From: Clostridium sp. CAG:568
GTDB taxonomy: Bacteria; Bacillota_I; Bacilli_A; RFN20; CAG-288
DNA: 64,000 nucleotides
Reading direction: 5' to 3'
Assembly (NCBI GenBank): GCA_000434395.1
Contig: FR878777.1
Span: 29,085 to 93,084, forward strand
This document shows positions 39,314 to 48,022 of the stretch, in pieces (position 1 is the first letter of the stretch; every line of letters begins with the position of its first letter). Both the position numbers and the translations under genes were made by a program. The notes under the pieces were generated by a model that was not told the DNA's origin, did no database searches, and saw only the letters and a list, made by a program, of their open reading frames with translations.

Positions 39314-40693
39314 TTAATCGTTTTCTTCCAAATATTTTTCCAAATAAGCCTTGATATCAGCAATAGCAATTCTTTCTTGCTTCATAGAATCGCGGTCTCT
39401 AACAGTGACTGAATGATCTTCCAAAGATTGGAAATCATATGTAAAGCAAAGTGGAGTACCAATTTCATCTTGTCTTCTGTAACGTTTGCCTATCGATCCT
39501 GTGGTATCAAAAACACAATCATAATCACAGTGCAATTTATTGAATACTTCATTACGTGCATTTTCAACTAGCTTGTTGGATAAAGGCAAGACAGCGAATG
39601 TATAAGGTGCTAATCTAGGTTTAAGGTGCATAACTGTTCTAGAGTCTTTTTCCAATTGTTCAACGTCATATGAATCACACCAAAGAGCAAGCATTAAACG
39701 TTGCAATCCGAAGGATGGCTCAACGACATGAGGCAAATACTTTTCATGGGTATCAGGGTCGAGATAAGTCAAATCTTGTCCGCTAAATTCTTGATGTCTT
39801 CCCAAATCATAATCACCACGGCAAGCGATACCCATCAATTCACCAAATCCCCAAGGGAATTTGTATTCGATATCAGTAGTGGCAGACGAATAGAAGGCCA
39901 ATTCAGCTTTCTCATGATCACGGAATCTGACATTTTCATCCTTCAATCCCATTCTTTCTACAAATGATTTACAATTGGACTTATAGAACTCAAACCACTT
40001 TTCATCTTCACCTGGTTTAAAGAAAAATTCGATTTCCATCTGTTCAAATTCTCTTGTACGGAAGACAAAATTACCAGGAGTGATTTCGTTTCTAAAGGAT
40101 TTACCTATATCGCAAATTCCAAAAGGAAGCTTTAATCTTTGTGAACGTTGAACTTTCTTAAAGTTAACAAATATACCTTGAGCAGTCTCAGGTCTTAAAT
40201 AAACAACAGAAGATGAATCTTGTGTAGCTCCAATGTTTGTCTTAAACATCAAAGTAAACTGCCTAATAGAAGTGAAATCATTCTTTCCACATTTGGGGCA
40301 AGCCAATTTCTTGTCAGCAATATATTGTTCCATGTCATCTTGAGTCATACCATCTACATCGACTCCAGGATACTGGGCCTTAATCAAATCATCGGCACGG
40401 AAACGAGATTTGCAATATTTGCAATCAGTTAAAGGATCATTAAATGTTGCGACATGTCCAGTTGCAACCCAAACTTTGGGATTCATAATAATTGCAGGAT
40501 CTATCTCGACATTGAATCCTAACTCTCTCACGAAATGATCTCTCCAAAGTGAGACCAAATGTTGCTTCATCAAAGTACCCAAAGGTCCTAAATCCCATGA
40601 ATTTGCTAACCCACCATAAATTTCACTTCCAGGATAACAAAATCCAGTTACAACCAAGTGATTGACGATTTCATCAAAAGAATAATTAGACAT
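39314..40693 (-). CDS. glyQS: Glycyl-tRNA synthetase, single-chain (alpha2) type
   Basis: It is 459 aa with class II motifs (FRNEITPGNFVFRTREFEQMEIEFF) and an anticodon-binding C-terminus. It is not split into glyQ and glyS. Confidence 0.85.
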   Translation of the reverse strand: MSNYSFDEIVNHLVVTGFCYPGSEIYGGLANSWDLGPLGTLMKQHLVSLWRDHFVRELGFNVEIDPAIIMNPKVWVATGHVATFNDPLTDCKYCKSRFRADDLIKAQYPGVDVDGMTQDDMEQYIADKKLACPKCGKNDFTSIRQFTLMFKTNIGATQDSSSVVYLRPETAQGIFVNFKKVQRSQRLKLPFGICDIGKSFRNEITPGNFVFRTREFEQMEIEFFFKPGEDEKWFEFYKSNCKSFVERMGLKDENVRFRDHEKAELAFYSSATTDIEYKFPWGFGELMGIACRGDYDLGRHQEFSGQDLTYLDPDTHEKYLPHVVEPSFGLQRLMLALWCDSYDVEQLEKDSRTVMHLKPRLAPYTFAVLPLSNKLVENARNEVFNKLHCDYDCVFDTTGSIGKRYRRQDEIGTPLCFTYDFQSLEDHSVTVRDRDSMKQERIAIADIKAYLEKYLEEND

Positions 40694-40771
40694 AAAAGCC
40701 TCCGATAACCTTAATAATATACTCCCTTTTTATTATAATTGAGCACTAAAAAAGGGTCCTATCACAAATAC

Positions 40772-41527
40772 TTATTTCAACGAGGATATGAAAAGAGAAA
40801 ACGTTTCTAATCTAGCACCATAATCATTTTTCAAGAAGCTTACCATGGATGAACAAACTGAAATCAATATAGATGTATCGATTTTTTCTGGGGTACAATC
40901 TTCAAGAGGGGTTTGGAATAGATACTTATAGGTTAAAAGTTCTTTTCTTGGCAAAGGATTCAATAACAACTCCCGAGAACAAGAGTCGCATATAAACCCA
41001 CCTTCGTCAAAAGAAAAAGATACTATATGATCAGTCCTTGAACAATTCACACACCCTGCTGTCTCAGGCTCAAAACCAAGAAATTCAAATGACTTAGACA
41101 GAAACAAGGAAAATGCTCCTAATGGGGATTTCTTTTCTTTTAAGATTTCCAAAGCTCTTTGATAAACCAAGAACAATCCTTGTGCATCATCTTGATCATC
41201 GATGAGAAGCTCATCGATAGATTCTGATACGAGCATAAAGAACAATGAAGTAGGAAGATCAGAGGCAAAATTGCCAAAATTTGAAACGATGCTAATATTC
41301 CTTAACATCAATACACCGGTTTCACTTTCGCCTTTATAAGCTAAGTCAAAATCACAAAGGGAACCGACTATACTTCCAACAGGAATATTTTTTCCACCAA
41401 CTTTGTTTCCGTTAGTCGCCAAAACTTGAATCAAGGAATTTTTTGTCAATATTAACAACAGAGAGCCTTTTTCACCCCTTTGCTTAGAAGAAATCAAATA
41501 GCCACGAACAACTTTCTTCAATTCCAT
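40772..41527 (-). CDS. recO: DNA repair protein RecO
   Basis: It is 251 aa with an N-terminal OB fold and a C-terminal Cys motif (CVNCSRTD...CDSC). Its position downstream of era matches the Bacillus era-recO pair. Confidence 0.65.
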   Translation of the reverse strand: MELKKVVRGYLISSKQRGEKGSLLLILTKNSLIQVLATNGNKVGGKNIPVGSIVGSLCDFDLAYKGESETGVLMLRNISIVSNFGNFASDLPTSLFFMLVSESIDELLIDDQDDAQGLFLVYQRALEILKEKKSPLGAFSLFLSKSFEFLGFEPETAGCVNCSRTDHIVSFSFDEGGFICDSCSRELLLNPLPRKELLTYKYLFQTPLEDCTPEKIDTSILISVCSSMVSFLKNDYGARLETFSLFISSLK

Positions 41528-41532
41528 ATATT

Positions 41533-42411
41533 TTATTGACCAGATCCATCCAAATTATGCTGTTGAAGGAACTTGGAATCATTTCTCCAATCTTCAGCTA
41601 CTGTAACAGTTAATTTAACAAAAACATCTTTTTTCACATATTGATGTATGGCATCTTCTGAAAACTTAGATATTTGAGCGATCATCTTTCCACCTTTTCC
41701 GATGACAATGCCCTTCTCAGATTCTCTTTCAACATAAATTTTTCCAGTAATCATCACACTTTTCTCATCTTCGTCGATATGCTTGATTTCGACATATATG
41801 GAATGAGGAACTTCATCTTTCAAAAGACGCATGCATTTTTCACGGATGAATTCAGCAAAGACAAATTCTCTTGGTCTATCTGTAGCAATATCATTAGGAT
41901 ATAAAGGAAGGCCTTCAGGTAATTGATCTTTAATAGCCTTGACTAAATCATCAATTCCATATTTCTTTAAAGCAGAGCAATGAATATATGTGGCATCAGG
42001 TAAAAGCTTTTTTAGCTTCACGAGCTTAGCTTCACCTTCATCGACACGAATCAAATCAATTTTGTTATAAGCAACTATAACTGGAAGGCCGCAATTTTTA
42101 ACCTTTTCTACCATATCTTTATCTATGCCTTCTTGGCAGGCAAAAACAAAAAGAAGTACATCGGCGCTTTGCTTTGCTGTTTCGCTATCTCTAAGCAAAG
42201 CTGAGCCTAATTTTTTATGAGGAGTAAAAACACCCGGTGTATCGATAAAAACGATTTGACTATCGTCATCATTGTAAATTCCAATAATATTCTCTCTAGT
42301 CGTTTGAGGCTTTTCCGATACTGCCATCAACTTAAAGCCTAATATATCATTTAGCAATGTTGATTTTCCTGCATTAGCTTTTCCATATATAGCTACAAAT
42401 CCTGCTTTCAT
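41533..42411 (-). CDS. era: GTPase Era
   Basis: It has G1 AIYGKANAGKST, G3 DTPG, G4 NKID and a C-terminal KH domain. Confidence 0.9.
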   Translation of the reverse strand: MKAGFVAIYGKANAGKSTLLNDILGFKLMAVSEKPQTTRENIIGIYNDDDSQIVFIDTPGVFTPHKKLGSALLRDSETAKQSADVLLFVFACQEGIDKDMVEKVKNCGLPVIVAYNKIDLIRVDEGEAKLVKLKKLLPDATYIHCSALKKYGIDDLVKAIKDQLPEGLPLYPNDIATDRPREFVFAEFIREKCMRLLKDEVPHSIYVEIKHIDEDEKSVMITGKIYVERESEKGIVIGKGGKMIAQISKFSEDAIHQYVKKDVFVKLTVTVAEDWRNDSKFLQQHNLDGSGQ

Positions 42412-42833
42412 ATCAAGTTATCCTTTCCAAACCCATAAGGCAATAATTCTTCCACAGTAGACTCTACTTCAGGCCCACTTCCATTAAACATAAATACAGG
42501 TGTTTCCTTAGGGCATTTCTCATATAAGAATTGACGACATACACCACAAGGAGAACCGACAAGAGGTGACTCAAGATAAATTCCAATTGCCTTGATATCT
42601 TTTGAAGTAACGCCATATTGAGAAATGGCGCTGACCATAGCAACTCTTTCAGCACAAATCGTCACTGAATAAGCACTGTTTTCAATATTAAAGCCACAAA
42701 TACACCTATTGTCATTAAGCATAATTGCACAACCCACACCGAATTTAGAATAAGTACACTGAGATTTTCCAAAAGCTTCCTTAGCCTTGGATTTCAATAA
42801 TTCAACCTCATCATCTGTTAATCTTTTGGCCAT
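42408..42833 (-). CDS. cdd: Cytidine deaminase
   Basis: It has the zinc motifs CAERVAM and PCGVCRQ. The track's start is a TTG. The internal ATG at 42833 has GGGAGAG 6 nt upstream and is preferred. Confidence 0.8.
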   Translation of the reverse strand: MAKRLTDDEVELLKSKAKEAFGKSQCTYSKFGVGCAIMLNDNRCICGFNIENSAYSVTICAERVAMVSAISQYGVTSKDIKAIGIYLESPLVGSPCGVCRQFLYEKCPKETPVFMFNGSGPEVESTVEELLPYGFGKDNLI

Positions 42834-43300
42834 ACACAACTCTCCCAATCAAACTCAAAGGAATTCAATATATCATTCTGCAAAGCGAACATGACAACAG
42901 CATCCTCATGACTTCTTGCGTGATCATAGCCTAAATTATGAAGAGTTCCATGAATAAACAAAAATGCAAGTTCACGACAAGTAGGATGCTTAAATTCTAA
43001 AGCTTGTCTTCTTGCAGTATCCAACGAGATAACAACCTCGCCCAAGTTGGTAAAAGGCAATCCTTCTTCATCTTCTCCTTCTTCAAAAGAGAAAGAAAGG
43101 ACATCGGTTGGTCTGTCCGTATTTCTGTATTCAAGATTTAACTTGTGAATAGTCTCATCATTCACTATTGTCAAAGACTCAAGAATATTGTCAATCTTTT
43201 GAAACTTGGCAATATGATTAAGCAAGTCTTTAAACATTTTTTCCAAACCAATGCATTTTTCAGTTTGATCATCGAATTCCAATGTGTTTTCAAGATTCAT
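42818..43300 (-). CDS. ybeY: Endoribonuclease YbeY (rRNA maturation factor)
   Basis: It has the HGTLHNLGYDH metal-binding motif and is 160 aa. Confidence 0.85.
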   Translation of the reverse strand: MNLENTLEFDDQTEKCIGLEKMFKDLLNHIAKFQKIDNILESLTIVNDETIHKLNLEYRNTDRPTDVLSFSFEEGEDEEGLPFTNLGEVVISLDTARRQALEFKHPTCRELAFLFIHGTLHNLGYDHARSHEDAVVMFALQNDILNSFEFDWESCVWPKD

Positions 43301-44519
43301 TTTTAGTCTCTTTTCCTACTACATTATGATACCATTTTTCCTTCTTCTTTTCGAGAATCTCATCAAATTTTGGCCCACATTTAAACATCAGCATCTTCAC
43401 TTTGTCTTTTTTTGAAAAATCATCATCGATTCTAATGATATAAAGAATGCTTCCCACAAGGAAAACAAGATTTGATAAAAAATAATCTAGCGAGAAATTG
43501 TTCTGCATGAAGCTAATCAAAGCCAAAAAAGCACAGGTTAACACTATGCATAACAAGTTAGGTAGATATGAAAGTAAAAGGCATAAATTTGATTTGTTCC
43601 AAACAGAAAGAAACATCTCATCTTTCACAATATCGGATCTCATTTTGTTTTCATCATAACTAATCCTTCCTCTTTTTAAATCTATAAAACAATTTAATAT
43701 CATTCTCATAGCTAAGAACAACCAGACTCCAACACCAAAATAAATAGCGATGTAACAATTCATATTAAATGCCATTACACTAGCTAAAACTAAAAAAGTA
43801 AATTTGTTTAGTATTCCGTTTTCATATGATAATTCTTCATTTACAACTTTGACCGAGTCTTCGAAAGCGGTCTGATTAAAACATAGATTTTGATATGGGA
43901 TAGATTTGTTCAAGACAAAGGTTTTTAATGCGTTGGAATTAACCCACATAGTAAATAATGCAGATAATAAGAAAACGCCCAATGAAGCAAATGAATAAAT
44001 CCAGTAGGTATTATTATTAAAAGAATAAAGGAACAATACACCCGTTACGCATCTTATCAAAGCCATCAATCCCAAGCATAAAGTTGTCGATTTATTCAAA
44101 ACTTCTGGCCTTGCCTTCTTCTTGATTTTCACTTTATTATCATTCTGATAGACTAATAACCCTCTTCCAGTCATCTCTTCCTTCAATTCATTTTCCCTCA
44201 TCCATAAATAGCCATAGGCAGGATCATATACCAACCATTTGTCACCTTTTTTCTTCTTCAAGAAAACAAAATGATTTGTTTTGTTCCTCGTAAGTTGAGC
44301 TATGAAACCAGTTTTTTCAGGAATACTATTGAAATCTTCAATCGCTACGCCTTTAGATTTAACTCCTAGTTTTGCTAATTCGTTCCTCATTGAAAGCAAG
44401 TTGTTCTTCATCTCAGATAAAGTTAAGTAATCATTTCTCTTAATGGAATAACAGAATCTATAACTTTCCCTAACCACCGCTTTAAAGCAACTCTTTTCAT
44501 CTTCTTGCAACATCATCAT
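43290..44519 (-). CDS. Membrane protein with an N-terminal C39-like cysteine peptidase domain and 5-6 TM helices (no ABC ATPase)
   Basis: The N-terminal 130 aa carry a C39-like triad context (QEDEKSCFKA, NHFVFL, YDPAYG, ELKEEMTGRGLLV). The C-terminal 270 aa contain several hydrophobic helices. There is no Walker A or ABC signature anywhere in the protein. Confidence 0.5.
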   Translation of the reverse strand: MMMLQEDEKSCFKAVVRESYRFCYSIKRNDYLTLSEMKNNLLSMRNELAKLGVKSKGVAIEDFNSIPEKTGFIAQLTRNKTNHFVFLKKKKGDKWLVYDPAYGYLWMRENELKEEMTGRGLLVYQNDNKVKIKKKARPEVLNKSTTLCLGLMALIRCVTGVLFLYSFNNNTYWIYSFASLGVFLLSALFTMWVNSNALKTFVLNKSIPYQNLCFNQTAFEDSVKVVNEELSYENGILNKFTFLVLASVMAFNMNCYIAIYFGVGVWLFLAMRMILNCFIDLKRGRISYDENKMRSDIVKDEMFLSVWNKSNLCLLLSYLPNLLCIVLTCAFLALISFMQNNFSLDYFLSNLVFLVGSILYIIRIDDDFSKKDKVKMLMFKCGPKFDEILEKKKEKWYHNVVGKETKNES

Positions 44520-44524
44520 AGAAA

Positions 44525-44553
44525 AAATCCTCCAACAAATATGTGGGAGGATT
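44525..44553 (-). terminator. Hairpin downstream of the dnaI-like gene that contains the SD of the C39 gene
   Basis: On the minus strand AAUCCUCCCACAUAUUUGUUGGAGGAUU is followed by UUUUCU and then AUGAUGAUG. The GGAGGA Shine-Dalgarno sequence forms the 3' arm of the stem. Confidence 0.4.
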
Positions 44554-44574
44554 TAATGAAATCTATAGAAAAAT

Positions 44575-45522
44575 CTAAAAATACAACTGATCTTCTTTTG
44601 TTTTATGTTCTTCCATAAGAGAATTTAAGGATGTTGTTATTTGTTTTCTCGTGCTTGGAAGTGGTGACAATCCACCTACAAATGTTGCCAAACTGTCATT
44701 AATACAACCAAAAGTAATTTTACCTTGAGATTTTCTCATCGATAAAAAAGGAATGAATACAGATTCGATAAAATTCTTATTAGTAGGCAGGGCTTCTAAA
44801 TTGTATAGGCAGAGAATATCAGCGTTTTTGCCCATTTCTAAATAAGACATTGCACTTTCATCTTTTCCCAAAGTTAAAGAAATTCTTGAAAATGTCTCTC
44901 CTGATGATAAACAAGCTACTTTTTTCTCGACTCGTGCACCTAAGTAAGAGACAAAATCCAAAAGATACTGTCCATTTCCGTTGGAAAATGTATAAAGAAA
45001 ACCTTTTGCACAACTATTACCATTTAGATAAGACGAAAACTTATTTAATGTATCTTTCGCATCGTTCAAAAAAGGAATGGGTTGAACATATATTGGAGTG
45101 TTTTTGATATCCTTTAAGATTTTCTCACCATTGGAGACAATTCTTTCTCTGCTTTTGTTATCAGAGCAAAGAATGTTAGACAATGCTTTTAAATGTTTTT
45201 TCTGAGCATTTGAATATACATATTTAAGAACCAAACATTCCGAATAAGGATCATATTCCAGCATTGGAACATTCCCATCTTTTCCGACTAACAAATCGAT
45301 GTTATCATGCTTCTCTCTAAATTCCAAAAAGACATCGATGGCAGTTAGGGACTTATCAAAGACATCATTGTTCTTATCTTTTAATAGTCTTTCAATATAT
45401 CTTTTGCAATCCAATTTTTTGTTAAGTCTCTCAATGATTTCATTCTTATATTCTTTTAAATTGTCTTCATTGATAGAAGCTTGCGCAAAGCCTGCATTTT
45501 TGAAAGTAACCCATTCTCCCAT
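44575..45522 (-). CDS. DnaI-position helicase-loader-like protein with degenerate Walker A and Walker B motifs
   Basis: It is 315 aa, immediately downstream of the DnaB(DnaD-domain)-like gene with a 4-nt overlap. KGFLYTFSNGNGQYLLDFVSYL aligns to DnaI KGLYLYGKFGVGKTFMLAAIAN with GVGKT replaced by GNGQY. DnaI LMLDDIG aligns to ILCLYNLEA. There is no GK[ST] anywhere in the protein. Confidence 0.4.
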   Translation of the reverse strand: MGEWVTFKNAGFAQASINEDNLKEYKNEIIERLNKKLDCKRYIERLLKDKNNDVFDKSLTAIDVFLEFREKHDNIDLLVGKDGNVPMLEYDPYSECLVLKYVYSNAQKKHLKALSNILCSDNKSRERIVSNGEKILKDIKNTPIYVQPIPFLNDAKDTLNKFSSYLNGNSCAKGFLYTFSNGNGQYLLDFVSYLGARVEKKVACLSSGETFSRISLTLGKDESAMSYLEMGKNADILCLYNLEALPTNKNFIESVFIPFLSMRKSQGKITFGCINDSLATFVGGLSPLPSTRKQITTSLNSLMEEHKTKEDQLYF

Positions 45523-45524
45523 GA

Positions 45525-46850
45525 CTACATACCCTCCAATAATTTCTTAGCAAATTCTTCTGCTTCCTTAGATAACTCGACATTATCGTTCTCGGAATTA
45601 TCTGTCACAACTTTATTAAGCTTTTCATCCTCTTCAGTTACATCACTTTGTACTTGATTATCATAGGAATTTATTTTATCGAGCATACCAGTTTGATAAG
45701 CAATTTTCTTTTCACGTTTCTTTTTAAACTTCTTATTTTGTTCCTTCAAAATAATGGAACATCCATACGCATCTTTAGGATTACTTCCTTTAACAGACAT
45801 AGCAACTTTTTCAAGATAAGCTAAAGCTGGTAGTTGATTATTATTTTTCAGAAGACAATAATCAATTATATTATTTACCACACCTCTAGGAAAATTAAAA
45901 TCATCTTGAAAAGTTTGTAAATCACTCAAGATTGAATCAGGAAGCTTAGACATATTTAATCTTGCACAAACATAAGTAGGTGTAGGATATTGATCTTGTT
46001 GTTTGAATACTTCAGCATTTTTGGAACTACCAAAATATGTAGGATATGAAGTTTCATCATTGAAAGAATCAGTCAAAAAACTAGACCTATCTTTGCAAAG
46101 TCTTACAAATTTGTCCTTAAGGAATACATTATCGCTGGTAGTTGCTTGAAGGATAAATTTAACTGTATCTTCAATTGACAACCCATAAAAATATAAAGTC
46201 GATTTTATTGTTGAATAATCATTTTCAATACTAGAAAAAGGTATACCATTCTTATCGAGTTCTTTTTTAAATGCATCTTCATCGAAAGAATCTATCGTAG
46301 TCTTTCCACGTTTATCCTCTATTTTACCTGTATCTTCTTCATTTTGTTCGAAGGACAAACCTGCCAAATCAAAGACATTTCCTAACTTAGCCGTCTCTTC
46401 TTTAAAATCTTTGGATATTTTTTCTCCTTTTATGAAAATATTTTTAACATTTTCAAATCTTTTATACCCGATATAATTAGTCAAAAGTGATGTGAGAATT
46501 GAATCATTGAAAAATTTCTTAGCGGATAAAGGCGGCACGACTTTGAAGAAAAAAGCTTCATTAGCATCATCTTCATTTCCTTTATGAAATGTGGAGAGAA
46601 GTCCGATGCCTTCAAGTCTTTTCCTCGCTACATTCAAAGAAGAACTGTTCATTCCGGTAAAAGAGAAAATATCTTCGCCAAAACAAAATGGTTGAGACAA
46701 AGAGCCTATAGTGAGCAAATATTCATATAATGTCATTCCGTCAGATCCAATCATAGGAAGATAGCAAAGATAAAGAACCTTATAATCTCCTATGGACATA
46801 GAAAAATTAACGCTAACTGTAATTTCACAATTCTTTGTCACTTCACTCAT
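45525..46850 (-). CDS. dnaB: Replication initiation/membrane attachment protein (Firmicute DnaB-type, DnaD-like domains; not the replicative helicase)
   Basis: The N-terminus resembles B. subtilis DnaB (VLYLCYLPMIGSDGMTLYEYLL versus ITQLYQPLIGSFALTLYMTLW). There is a C-terminal DnaD-like region (VVNNIIDYCLLKNNNQLPALAYLEKV). Its placement upstream of the DnaI-like gene and near thrS fits B. subtilis dnaB-dnaI...thrS. Confidence 0.5.
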   Translation of the reverse strand: MSEVTKNCEITVSVNFSMSIGDYKVLYLCYLPMIGSDGMTLYEYLLTIGSLSQPFCFGEDIFSFTGMNSSSLNVARKRLEGIGLLSTFHKGNEDDANEAFFFKVVPPLSAKKFFNDSILTSLLTNYIGYKRFENVKNIFIKGEKISKDFKEETAKLGNVFDLAGLSFEQNEEDTGKIEDKRGKTTIDSFDEDAFKKELDKNGIPFSSIENDYSTIKSTLYFYGLSIEDTVKFILQATTSDNVFLKDKFVRLCKDRSSFLTDSFNDETSYPTYFGSSKNAEVFKQQDQYPTPTYVCARLNMSKLPDSILSDLQTFQDDFNFPRGVVNNIIDYCLLKNNNQLPALAYLEKVAMSVKGSNPKDAYGCSIILKEQNKKFKKKREKKIAYQTGMLDKINSYDNQVQSDVTEEDEKLNKVVTDNSENDNVELSKEAEEFAKKLLEGM

Positions 46851-47048
46851 ATTCTTACCTCATACTTATATTTTATACCTTGTTAGCAATATTTGGAAAA
46901 CAAAGTAAAGAACAACTTCAAATGTACCAAGAAAAACACAATCCCATTAAATTTAGGAAAACATAGAAGGTATCTATGCTAACCCTTTCATTATGTTAAT
47001 CCATATTCCTTTTTTTTTGATATATTTATATGTGCCAGAGGTACGGAT

Positions 47049-48020
47049 ATGGAACAAACAAAGAAAAGATTGGTTGTGTTGACTTCTGGCGGTGATGCAC
47101 CCGGTATGAACGCGTGCGTTCGTGCAATCACTAGAAAAGCCATAAATCAAGGTGTTGATGTCCTTGCAGCACTAGACGGATTTAGAGGTCTTTCCGAGGG
47201 TGACTTTATACCGCTTGACTATGAAAGTGTATCCGGGGTCATTGATCGCGGTGGTACTTTCATAGGCACTGCTCGCTATCCTGCATTTTTAGAGGAAACA
47301 ACAAGACTAAAAGCCTGGGCACACCTCAAAAAAGAAAATGCTATAGGAGTAATCGGTATAGGTGGAGATGGAACATATCACGGTTTGAAAGCTTTAAGTG
47401 AACTTTCTACCAATGTGATCGGTGTACCGGGAACAATTGACAACGATATTCCTTTGACCGATTTCACTCTAGGTTTTTCCACGGCATTAGACACAATAGT
47501 CGAAGCTTTAGGAAGAATCAGGGATACCATGTCGTCCCACCATCGTATATTCGTTGTTGAAGTTATGGGCCGACACTGTGGGGAACTTGCCTCTTACGCT
47601 GGATTGGCTTCAGGCGCAGATTGCGTTATTACAAAGGACAACTTTGTCGATTACAATACGTGTGTCGAGCAGATTAGAGAAGTAAAGGAAAGACGTGGCA
47701 AGCGTCAACTCCTTATCGTTTGTCAGGAAAATGTATTGGATGTGGCAAAACTTGCGACCCTATCCGAGAAAGCTACTGGCATCGAGTCCCGCTATGAGGT
47801 GCTTGGACATATCCAACGTGGGGGCTTCCCTTCCGCCTATGATCGTGTACTGGGAACGTTATTGGGCGAAAAGGCAGCAACCCTCCTCTTAGAAGGATCA
47901 AGTGGATTAGCTGTGGGCATTGAAGACTACAAAGTAACTACACATTCATTTGTCGAAGTGCTCAATTCACAACGCAAGTTGCATCCCGAATTATTGGATG
48001 CTGAAAGGAACATTAGGTAA
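47049..48020 (+). CDS. pfkA: ATP-dependent 6-phosphofructokinase
   Basis: It has the motifs TSGGDAPGMNA, GGDGT and MGR, and is 323 aa. Confidence 0.9.
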   Translation: MEQTKKRLVVLTSGGDAPGMNACVRAITRKAINQGVDVLAALDGFRGLSEGDFIPLDYESVSGVIDRGGTFIGTARYPAFLEETTRLKAWAHLKKENAIGVIGIGGDGTYHGLKALSELSTNVIGVPGTIDNDIPLTDFTLGFSTALDTIVEALGRIRDTMSSHHRIFVVEVMGRHCGELASYAGLASGADCVITKDNFVDYNTCVEQIREVKERRGKRQLLIVCQENVLDVAKLATLSEKATGIESRYEVLGHIQRGGFPSAYDRVLGTLLGEKAATLLLEGSSGLAVGIEDYKVTTHSFVEVLNSQRKLHPELLDAERNIR

Positions 48021-48022
48021 CC

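Noticed and set aside
40694-40771. Possible T-box or riboswitch leader upstream of glyQS
   Set aside because: Only 78 nt separate glyQS from recO. That is far too short for a T-box, and there is no conserved T-box sequence (AATTAGGGTGGTACCGCG-like).
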